A program made the position numbers and the translations under genes. 14,363 nt of DNA. Origin: Hadesarchaea archaeon. Lineage in GTDB: Archaea > Hadarchaeota > Hadarchaeia > Hadarchaeales > Hadarchaeaceae. A model generated the notes under the pieces. The model ran no database searches, was not told the DNA's origin, and was given only the letters and a program-made list of their open reading frames with translations. Where the stretch lies: assembly GCA_030619825.1 (NCBI GenBank), contig JAUXAS010000018.1, forward strand, positions 1-14,363. The letters run 5' to 3'. Below are positions 1 through 7,100 of the stretch, piece by piece (position 1 is the stretch's first letter; every line of letters begins with the position of its first letter).

Positions 1-709
1 CCACCCTGCGAGCACGGCGTCGGTGGCATCCCAGCACGCCTGGCACGCCCATGCAAACCCGATTTATCTCGGCCAAGACTTCCGCGCTTGGGCTCGCTTC
101 CATCAAGATATTTAGCGCATCACGCCCAATGCCGAACCCCAATCGTAGGATTAGCGCCGATATCACCAGTGCAACCAATGGATCCGCCCACGCGTGGCCC
201 AGCCCCACCAGCCCTAGGCCGACTATGATTGCGGCTGCGGAGACGGCATCGGTGAGCGTGTGGTAGCCATCCGCGACGAGTGATAAGCTGTTGACCTGCC
301 TGCCCGTGCGGATTTTGTATTTAGCCAAGGCGCCGAAAACCACTAGGCTCAGGCCAGCTAACAAGAAGAGTTCGGGTGTTGCCCTGGAGACCAAACCCAG
401 GTGAATTTTTTCTATTGCCAAATATGCCACCCGCGCGCCGGCGAAGAGGAGCACGGCGGCCAGCAGGATTGAAACCAAAGTTTCAGCTTAGGTATGGCCG
501 TAGGGATGCCCCCGATCCGCCGGACGTTTGGAGACGCGCCTTCCGGCGAAGACGCCCACTGAAGTAGCGGTATCGGAAAGCGCATCTATACCGGCGGCGA
601 TAAAAGCGAGGCTCCCAAAGAGAACGGCCGCCCAGAGCTCGACAACCCCAACCACTGTGGTCGTGAGCATTGAAACTATAACTGCCCGCTCGACCGGATC
701 CCTCAACAT
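1..709 (-). pseudogene. Cation diffusion facilitator (FieF/CDF family) transporter with one in-frame TAA at 488-490; 3' end runs off the window
   Basis: ORF 488..709 has CDF motifs (IDALSD, ADRGHPYGH). Reading through the TAA in the same frame gives AETLVSILLAAVLLFAGARVAYLAIEKI...NSLSLVADGYHTLTDAVS...WADPLVALVISALIL...NILMEASPS...GVLGCHRRRARRV to the window edge, with no further stop or frameshift. Could be a true pseudogene or a base-call error. Confidence 0.85.
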
Positions 710-770
710 TTTGACGCCTTTTTAAACGTAGTTGCAGGCCATAAAAGAGGTAACCGGACCGCGCGGAAAA

Positions 771-1028
771 TCACAGCAATCTTGTCAAACCGATGACCTG
801 AACGTTGCCAACGCCCGGCAGGCTCACGAGTTCCCGCTCGAGCGGATCGGTCCCACCCGCCTCATCCGGAACGACCGCGACGACGCGAAGAGCCTCCAGC
901 CCGAAGGCAATCGGCTCGCGGGAGATCGAGTGAACCTTGACTCGCTCCTTTATCGCGGCCTCGAGGTGGGCCAGATCCACCTCCTGGCTTTCCGGCATTA
1001 ACCTAAGAGTGACCGCTACCTCACCCAT
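771..1028 (-). CDS. ef1b: Archaeal translation elongation factor 1-beta
   Basis: 85 aa; MGEVAVTLRLMPES...EPIAFGLEAL...GGTDPLE matches aEF-1beta; GGTG upstream of the ATG; directly downstream of the Zn-ribbon gene as in many archaea. Confidence 0.96.
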   Translation of the reverse strand: MGEVAVTLRLMPESQEVDLAHLEAAIKERVKVHSISREPIAFGLEALRVVAVVPDEAGGTDPLERELVSLPGVGNVQVIGLTRLL

Positions 1029-1036
1029 TCAAACAC

Positions 1037-1201
1037 CTAAGGCCCTGTGAGCCCGCAGCTCGGGCAGCGGTAGGGGTTGCTGAGGCGTCGGCACTTCGAG
1101 CAGCGCCATATTTCAAAGGAGCCGCAGCTGGGGCATGAGAAGCGCGTCGCCCGCTCGCCCGGGGCTATCTCGCGGTTGCATGAGGTACACACGTTTGTCA
1201 T
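1037..1201 (-). CDS. Small Zn-ribbon RNA-binding protein (DUF1610 / HVO_2753-like); not in the ORF track
   Basis: Manual translation [54 protein letters not shown] (54 aa): four CxxC motifs, F-x-CPxCG and C-terminal GP; conserved position upstream of aEF-1beta. Confidence 0.95.
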   Translation of the reverse strand: MTNVCTSCNREIAPGERATRFSCPSCGSFEIWRCSKCRRLSNPYRCPSCGLTGP

Positions 1202-1228
1202 GGGTCTCGTCCTCACTTGGGTTTCAAC

Positions 1229-1236
1229 TTTATAAT
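1229..1236 (-). promoter_or_regulatory. Putative TATA box of the Zn-ribbon/ef1b operon
   Basis: Minus strand ATTATAAA about 28 nt upstream of the ATG at 1201. Confidence 0.5.
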
Positions 1237-1365
1237 AACCGCCGGGGGCGCCTCGAGCACCGGGGGCTACCTCCTGAACCCATAATAATCAGTGTGCATT
1301 TGTCCAAAGTTGATAAAAAACTTCTCACGTTAACAAATTAAATCCTCAGAAAAAGATTGATAGAT

Positions 1366-1470
1366 GGGCCCGTAGTCTAGCCTGGATAGCGTTTGCCCAG
1401 AAAGGACACTAGCCTGCGGACGAAAGACAGACAGCTAGTGGCTCGGGTTCAAATCCCGACGGGCCCGCCA
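1366..1470 (+). tRNA. tRNA-Arg(GCG) with two introns: 1388-1402 (15 nt, position 20a/21) and 1420-1432 (13 nt, position 37/38); CCA encoded
   Basis: Removing both introns gives a 77-nt cloverleaf: acceptor GGGCCCG/CGGGCCC, D-arm GTCT-AGCCTGGATA-GGAC with A20, anticodon arm CTAGC-CTGCGGA-GCTAG, T-arm TCGGG-TTCAAAT-CCCGA, G73, CCA. Both introns sit in BHB-type folds. Confidence 0.93.
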
Positions 1471-1493
1471 TTATCAAATATATAGGTGAAAAG

Positions 1494-3263
1494 TTGAACG
1501 CAGAGCTCGTGGATGCTGCATTGGGAAGAATCCCATCGGATCTTGTGATAAAAGGCGCGAGACTTGTGAATGTCAACACCACCGAAATTGAGGAGCACGT
1601 TGACATCGCCGTGAAGAACGGGAGGATTGCGCTGGTCGGTGACGCTAGCCACTGCGTTGGCAAAGAAACCAAAGTGATTAAAGCGGGGGGTGAGTACTTC
1701 GCTCCCGGGCTTCTCGACGCCCACATACACCCCGAAAGCTCCATGGTCACCTTGACTCAGTTTGCCAGAGCAGTTCTTCCCCGCGGGACAACCGGTGTGT
1801 TCGTAGATCCTCATGAGATAGCAAACGTGCTTGGGCTGCGTGGGATCAGGCTTCTCATCGAGGAGAGCAAAAGACTCCCGCTGAAGGTGTTCGTTGAAAT
1901 CTCTTCGTGCGTTCCGTCGGCTCCGGGGCTTGAAACAACCGGTGCAGAACTCGGGCTAAAAGATATCGCAAGCGCCCTGAAACTGAGAAATGTTGTGGGG
2001 CTCGCTGAGGTGATGAACTTCCCCAGTGTCCTCGCGGGAGATGAAAAAGTTCACCGAAAGATAGCAGCAGCGAGAAATGCGGGAAAAGTCGTTGAGGGAC
2101 ACGCGCCAGGCTTGGTCGGCAGGGAACTCGCTGCCTACATCTCGGCTGGCATAGAGTCCGATCACGAGTCATTCACCGAAAAGGAGGCGGTCGAGAAGCT
2201 GAGGCGGGGGATGAAGCTCGAGGTGAGGGAAGGATCCGCCGCAAAAAATCTTACTACACTTATAAAACCCATCCTAAAGCTAAAGTTGGACACACGCCAC
2301 TGCTTACTCGCCACTGACGATAGACATCCCTACGACCTGCTTAGGGAAGGGCACATGGATCACGTGGTCAGACGAGCCATAGAGGAGGGGGTTGACCCGA
2401 TCAAGGCAATTCAAATGGCGACGATAAATACGGCCAATCATTTCTGGATCTCCGACATCGGCAATCTCTCACCTGGAAAAATTGCCGACATTTTGGTGGT
2501 TGAGGATTTGAGAAAATTTGAAGTGAAGAAAGTGTTTGCTAACGGAAGGCTCGTGGCAGAGAATGGAAAACTGCTGTTGACACTTCAGCAGCGCGCTTAT
2601 CCTAAATTTGTGAAAAATAGCGTGAGGTTGAAGAAAAAAATAACACCCTCGGATTTTGTGGTGAAATCGGCTTTAGCCCTCGGGCGGGTGAAGGTTAGAG
2701 TTATCGGAGTCATCGAGGGCGAAATAGTCACCGAGCACAAAATCTTGAGTTTGCAGGTGAAAAATGGAGAGGTGATGCCAGATATCGCACGTGATGTGGT
2801 TAGGGTTGCTGTGGTCGAGCGTCATCGAAGGACGGGCAACATCGGGCTTGGCTTCGTTCGAGGTTTCGGCATGAAGAGAGGAGCGCTGGCATCGAGCGTC
2901 GGGCACGATGCACACAACATAACCGTCGTGGGAATTAACCCAGAGGATATGGCTGTGGCGGTAAACGAGGTCGTCAGATGCGGAGGCGGCCAAGTAGTGG
3001 TGTTGAAAGGCAGCCCCACAGCTAAGCTTGAGTTGCCGATCGCCGGACTCATGTCAGATAGACGTATCCAGGACGTGAGCGCGCAACTGGAAATGCTCCA
3101 TCGCGCGGCGAGAAGATGTGGGGTGAAGTTGGAATCGCCTTTCATGGCAATATCTTTCTTACCATTGGCGGTGGTCCCAAGGTTAAGAATCACAGACAAG
3201 GGCTTGGTCGATGTAGAGAAGTTTGGACTTGTGGATTTGATCGTGAAACGGGCCCGTCACTAA
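1494..3263 (+). CDS. ade: Adenine deaminase (amidohydrolase superfamily)
   Basis: 589 aa; PGLLDAHIHPESSM, DPHEIANVLG, LAEVMNFP, EGHAP, SDHES, REGSAAKN, TDDRHP, SSVGHDAHN and C-terminal LELPIAGLMS; TTG start preceded by AGGTGA RBS. Confidence 0.95.
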   Translation: MNAELVDAALGRIPSDLVIKGARLVNVNTTEIEEHVDIAVKNGRIALVGDASHCVGKETKVIKAGGEYFAPGLLDAHIHPESSMVTLTQFARAVLPRGTTGVFVDPHEIANVLGLRGIRLLIEESKRLPLKVFVEISSCVPSAPGLETTGAELGLKDIASALKLRNVVGLAEVMNFPSVLAGDEKVHRKIAAARNAGKVVEGHAPGLVGRELAAYISAGIESDHESFTEKEAVEKLRRGMKLEVREGSAAKNLTTLIKPILKLKLDTRHCLLATDDRHPYDLLREGHMDHVVRRAIEEGVDPIKAIQMATINTANHFWISDIGNLSPGKIADILVVEDLRKFEVKKVFANGRLVAENGKLLLTLQQRAYPKFVKNSVRLKKKITPSDFVVKSALALGRVKVRVIGVIEGEIVTEHKILSLQVKNGEVMPDIARDVVRVAVVERHRRTGNIGLGFVRGFGMKRGALASSVGHDAHNITVVGINPEDMAVAVNEVVRCGGGQVVVLKGSPTAKLELPIAGLMSDRRIQDVSAQLEMLHRAARRCGVKLESPFMAISFLPLAVVPRLRITDKGLVDVEKFGLVDLIVKRARH

Positions 3264-4012
3264 ACCTTCAGAATTTTCATCAACTGACGTGCGTTATCGT
3301 ACATGAAATAATTATTGAACGTTATGTAGGCCTCCCAATGTGTTTTGGCTGACGCTTTGGCTTTTTTCGCCAGCTGTTTTAGTTCGGTGGTCGAGTACTT
3401 GTAGTTGTAATTATATTCGCGGGGGTTTAGCCCGTGCAGCCTGATGTAAGCAATCGAATGCTTAGAGACTGGCTCGCGACGCATCAAATCAACAACATGA
3501 ATCAGCTCGAGTTCCTCGCATAGCTTCGCGATCTCATCTGGATGCTCCTTCCAGTCGCCTCGTGGTTCCCAAGCCAGCGCTAGCTTGCCGCGGTCAATTT
3601 TACCTAAAAATTTGCGCATGTTCACGATGTTCTCAAGAGTAAGCTTGAAGTTCGGTGGGCATTGGATTACGCAGACTTTGGCCTTAAGGGTGTCGCAGAT
3701 CTCCTTGGTTCGACGCCAGGCTTCGAAATTTTCCTTGGTTGGTCTAAGCCAGCCGTATTTGTCGAGCTGCGTTTTTGTCGGTTTGATTCCCGCCCGGCGC
3801 CAGGTCGGGCTTGTCGGCAGGTGCGTTATCGCCTGCCATGCCTTCAAAGCGAACTCGAAGTCCCCCGGCGCCTCGGCACGCCATCGCTCTGCAGTTTTGA
3901 CCATGGGCAATTTGTAAAATGTATGTTGAACCTCGACCAGCGAAAACTTCTGAATGAACGCCCTGAAACCACCTTTAAAAAAGCCCCATCCACATGTCCC
4001 GACTTTAATCAT
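3260..4012 (-). CDS. DUF72 (YecE/YunF-like) TIM-barrel protein
   Basis: IKVGTCGW, VEVQHTFY, FALKAWQAITH, QCPPNF, WEPRG, YIRLHG and FNN motifs of DUF72. Confidence 0.92.
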   Translation of the reverse strand: MIKVGTCGWGFFKGGFRAFIQKFSLVEVQHTFYKLPMVKTAERWRAEAPGDFEFALKAWQAITHLPTSPTWRRAGIKPTKTQLDKYGWLRPTKENFEAWRRTKEICDTLKAKVCVIQCPPNFKLTLENIVNMRKFLGKIDRGKLALAWEPRGDWKEHPDEIAKLCEELELIHVVDLMRREPVSKHSIAYIRLHGLNPREYNYNYKYSTTELKQLAKKAKASAKTHWEAYITFNNYFMYDNARQLMKILKV

Positions 4013-4075
4013 CTCATCGCCCAGTCTGCTCAGGGCAAATTAATTTAAGTCGGGTTAAAATAAAACGAAGATGGT

Positions 4076-4201
4076 GCGGAGGTAACTCAGCTGGGAGAGT
4101 GCCGGTCGTTTGGGCACACACTCAAACGGGCAAAACTGAAGTTCCCAGTAAGGGACACGGACATCCGGATGTCGCGGGTTCAAGTCCCGTCCTCCGCACC
4201 A
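4076..4201 (+). tRNA. tRNA-Phe(GAA) with two introns: 4106-4134 (29 nt, position 30/31) and 4142-4162 (21 nt, position 37/38); CCA encoded
   Basis: Spliced 76-nt product: acceptor GCGGAGG/CCTCCGC, D-arm ACTC-AGCTGGGA-GAGT, anticodon arm CCGGA-CTGAAGA-TCCGG, T-arm GCGGG-TTCAAGT-CCCGT, A73, CCA. Intron 1 forms a strict BHB (TGCC/GGCA helix, GGT and AAA bulges). Confidence 0.92.
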
Positions 4202-4254
4202 TACGCATTTTGAAACAAATTTCTGGAAAGAACCTAACTGGGCCTTTACGTCGC

Positions 4255-4371
4255 TTAGGAGGCTACAATCGAACAATCACGATCTCCAGTCAAGCCTACC
4301 CTCAAGAGCGAAATTACGAGGATGAATACGATAACCGCGAAGTAAATAATCAAGTGTCTGGATAATCTCAT
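4255..4371 (-). CDS. Possible small single-TM peptide (38 aa) or gene remnant; not in the ORF track
   Basis: MRLSRHLIIYFAVIVFILVISLLRVGLTGDRDCSIVAS*: basic N-terminus plus about 17 hydrophobic residues; starts 23 nt after the DUF4234-like stop on the same strand; no clear RBS. Confidence 0.35.
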   Translation of the reverse strand: MRLSRHLIIYFAVIVFILVISLLRVGLTGDRDCSIVAS

Positions 4372-4394
4372 CTTTTACACTAGGTGCAAATATC

Positions 4395-5180
4395 TCAGGC
4401 GCGGGTTGTCTTCGACATCGAGGAAAGCAGTTTATCTTCCCACGTAACTTGGTGATCGAAGTGGTTGTTCGGGTCAACTATGAGGGTGTACAGCCAGTAG
4501 ATGCCGAAAAGACCCGCCGTCAATATGGTTAGCACTATATAGAGGATGATGTTTCGATCTGGCGTTGAGCGGAACCGGCGCGGCAGTTCGAGAGCCACGA
4601 TGGGCCCCGCTGTTTTTTCTAGATCCTCCAGAAAGAAATCCTCACGTCTTTCGTGGCGATAAAAGTCCCTCATGAGGAAATAACCAACATACAAACTAAC
4701 GATGGATATGAAAAAGCATAAAATAGCCCACAAGAAGGCCGGTTGCTCCTTCTCATTTAGTTTTGCCTCCCTGGAGCTTAGCTCAATGGAAGCTAGCTTA
4801 TCTTCAATTTTGGCTCTTTTTTTCCCAGCCGATGACGTGAGCACTCTAACTATATCCTCCTCAAGCAGTTGATGGCGCTTGAAGTGCTCATTCCTGCGCT
4901 TGATGAGCATGTAAATTAGAACGAGTAGCAAGAGGGCACCCATAATACCCATCAAAACCATAGCCGCGATGAAGATGGGCCATCCCCCGCTCCATCTCCA
5001 TCCCCCTTCAAATCCCCATCCCCACAAAAGCCCTGCAACCATGACACTTGGTATCATGGCGAAAAATATGAGTGGAATGAACGCCCATAATGGTGAGAGC
5101 CTTTTATCAGTTTCACTGCGCATTCGCACGCTTCGTTCTAAACTTTCCATCTGGGCTTCAGGACCCGTAACTGTCACCAT
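4395..5180 (-). CDS. DUF4234-like multi-pass membrane protein
   Basis: C-terminal RNIILYIVLTILTAGLFGIYWLY resembles DUF4234; several TM segments. ATG 5180 is preferred over the track's TTG 5234, which abuts the TATA box; ATG 5151 is also possible. Confidence 0.7.
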   Translation of the reverse strand: MVTVTGPEAQMESLERSVRMRSETDKRLSPLWAFIPLIFFAMIPSVMVAGLLWGWGFEGGWRWSGGWPIFIAAMVLMGIMGALLLLVLIYMLIKRRNEHFKRHQLLEEDIVRVLTSSAGKKRAKIEDKLASIELSSREAKLNEKEQPAFLWAILCFFISIVSLYVGYFLMRDFYRHERREDFFLEDLEKTAGPIVALELPRRFRSTPDRNIILYIVLTILTAGLFGIYWLYTLIVDPNNHFDHQVTWEDKLLSSMSKTTRA

Positions 5181-5253
5181 CCAAAAGTTCTTTATTCTTT
5201 TTTCTTCTACCCTTGAAGAATCATTTTGAAACAATATAAAGGTTTAGCTCAAT

Positions 5254-6345
5254 CTAAAGCCGCATCGTTTCGTAGCGCAGCTTCAGCTCACCATTTTTGC
5301 CCCACTCGAAAATCGGCACATCACGTCGAAGCCGCTTGAACTTCTCGCTCAGCGCATGCACGATGATCGGCAAAGCGATCGTCGCGTCGGCAAAACACAT
5401 CACCTTGCTCGCGCGCCGGTGGATCTTCCCCCACGATTGCGCCTCCTCGAAGGTGCCGCCCGAGAGCCCGCCCCAGTGGGGGGAGTCCGTCGTTATCTGA
5501 ACGGCGTAGTTGTGGCTCCGGTCGTGGCGCGTCTGGTAGCTGGCGATGACCGCGGTCTGCTGGATGAAATTCTTGGGTACACCGCCCCCGAGATAAACCA
5601 CGCCAGTCCGTTTTGCTTTCTCAGTAATTCGAGAACTCTCCTCCACATCCTTGAGCGCATCGATCAGTATCCGCTTGCGAATATAACGAATGGTCTTTCC
5701 CACCTTCACCCTGCGGCCTTTTCGATTGGCGAACATTATCGAAAAACCGAGAGCACTATCGTTCAAGGCCGGGCAAAAAATCGGAACTCCCTTCCGATAG
5801 GCGCTCACCAGGATCGAGTCTTTTTCCCTTCCGACTTTACTCAAGGTTTTTCCAAGCAAAAACGTAATCTCACGGGAAGAGTAAGGATAGTTGTCCTTTA
5901 AGCCATAGGAAAAGCTTTTCTCTATCCAGTTATCGAACTTATAAAATCCCGCTTCATCCGCGAAGACGTCGTAAATTCTATCCACCTTGCATTTTCTCAA
6001 CCTTACGTCGTCGGTTAAGTGAGTGCCAACGTAGTGCTTCTTTCCCTTTGCCTCGTATGCATCGTGATAGAGGTTTGCTCCCGTGCTCACCAAAACATCG
6101 ATCATCCGGCGTTTTATCAAGTACGAAATCACCCTTCGCATGCCCGCGGGAACCAAGGCCCCAGCCAAGCCAAGCCATATCACGATGTGGCGCTTCCGAA
6201 GCATCCGCGCCCATACCTCGATGGCTTCCGCAAGCTTTCTCCCCTGAAATCCTGTCCAGAGCATCCCCTCCGCAAGCTCACTGACGCTGCGCTCGGGCCA
6301 TACCTCGAGAGGCTCCGTCGGATACTTCAGAATTTTTCGTCGCAT
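5254..6345 (-). CDS. dys: Deoxyhypusine synthase (DHS/homospermidine synthase-like family)
   Basis: GFQGRKL, LAGALVPAGMR, VSTGANLYHD, DRIYDV, FCPALNDS, LGGGVPKNF, GGLSGGTFEEAQSWGK (catalytic Lys present), DATIALP. Confidence 0.92.
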   Translation of the reverse strand: MRRKILKYPTEPLEVWPERSVSELAEGMLWTGFQGRKLAEAIEVWARMLRKRHIVIWLGLAGALVPAGMRRVISYLIKRRMIDVLVSTGANLYHDAYEAKGKKHYVGTHLTDDVRLRKCKVDRIYDVFADEAGFYKFDNWIEKSFSYGLKDNYPYSSREITFLLGKTLSKVGREKDSILVSAYRKGVPIFCPALNDSALGFSIMFANRKGRRVKVGKTIRYIRKRILIDALKDVEESSRITEKAKRTGVVYLGGGVPKNFIQQTAVIASYQTRHDRSHNYAVQITTDSPHWGGLSGGTFEEAQSWGKIHRRASKVMCFADATIALPIIVHALSEKFKRLRRDVPIFEWGKNGELKLRYETMRL

Positions 6346-6367
6346 AGTTCAAGATGGCAGGTTTTTG

Positions 6368-6375
6368 TTATAAAA
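6368..6375 (-). promoter_or_regulatory. Putative TATA box of dys (likely leaderless transcript)
   Basis: Minus strand TTTTATAA preceded by a purine-rich GAAAA (BRE-like), about 23 nt upstream of the ATG at 6345. Confidence 0.55.
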
Positions 6376-6379
6376 TTTT

Positions 6380-7096
6380 CTATTCAGTATCGCCGAGCAC
6401 GCGAGGAAGTTCGGCCAAAGAATTGATGGTAAAATCCGCTCGCTCGCCGACGCCCCAATCCCTCCGCTTCAGCAAAATCGTTCGCATGCCCGCCGCCTTT
6501 GCCCCCTCGATATCGGTGAATGGCTTATCACCCACAAAAACACATTCGCTCGCTCGCAGACCTAGCTTTGACGCAGCGAGCAAGAATGGCTCTGGGTCCG
6601 GCTTGGTGTGCGGGGTATCTTCGCCGCCGATGATGATCGTATCGAAGAACCCAGTAAACCGGAAGCGCTTTATCCTCCTCTTTTTCCAGCCCTTCTTACC
6701 ATCGGTGTCGGTGACCAGGCCGAGCTTGTAACCCTTGTCCTTGAGATAAACAAGCGTGGGCTCGGCATTTGGGTAAGGCTTGCTCGCTCCAGCATACGTG
6801 GCCCAATACAAACGCGTTAGCTCCTTGACCAACGAGCGTGAAATTTTTTGTCCCGCATCAATTTCCCCGAGCAGCACGGGCCACCAGGCGTCACGATTGT
6901 ACTCCGTTGCAACGTTCATTCGATCATCAAGCGCTCTGAGTTTCGCGCGGATGCTCTCCTCGCTTACTTTGGCGCCGCATTTCACGAGATAATGGCGCAA
7001 CCTCTTCGCTACCGCATTGTGTGTGGCTTTCAATCCTGCTTGACCGTCGATGAGCGTCTCATCCAAATCGAAAAGTACTGCTTTAATCCCAAGCAT
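6380..7096 (-). CDS. HAD-superfamily hydrolase (subfamily IA)
   Basis: Motif I FDLDETL, motif II LVTD, motif III KPDPEPF, motif IV VGDKPFTDIEGA. ATG 7096 lies 4 nt after the B3/4 stop and is preferred over 7129. Confidence 0.92.
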   Translation of the reverse strand: MLGIKAVLFDLDETLIDGQAGLKATHNAVAKRLRHYLVKCGAKVSEESIRAKLRALDDRMNVATEYNRDAWWPVLLGEIDAGQKISRSLVKELTRLYWATYAGASKPYPNAEPTLVYLKDKGYKLGLVTDTDGKKGWKKRRIKRFRFTGFFDTIIIGGEDTPHTKPDPEPFLLAASKLGLRASECVFVGDKPFTDIEGAKAAGMRTILLKRRDWGVGERADFTINSLAELPRVLGDTE

Positions 7097-7100
7097 GAGT

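Noticed and set aside
1242..1273. Short imperfect repeat CCGGGGGC(G/TA)CCTC, two copies
   Set aside because: Only two short GC-rich copies, with no array or clear structure.
1416..1418. Idea that the GCG anticodon is edited to GUG (His) because the intron pairs better with U35
   Set aside because: The body has Arg identity (A20, G73) and lacks His features (G-1, C73); the Phe intron shows the same position-35 mismatch.
4055..4365. ORFs 4055..4276 (-) and 4099..4365 (+)
   Set aside because: Both overlap the intron-containing tRNA-Phe and show no protein features.
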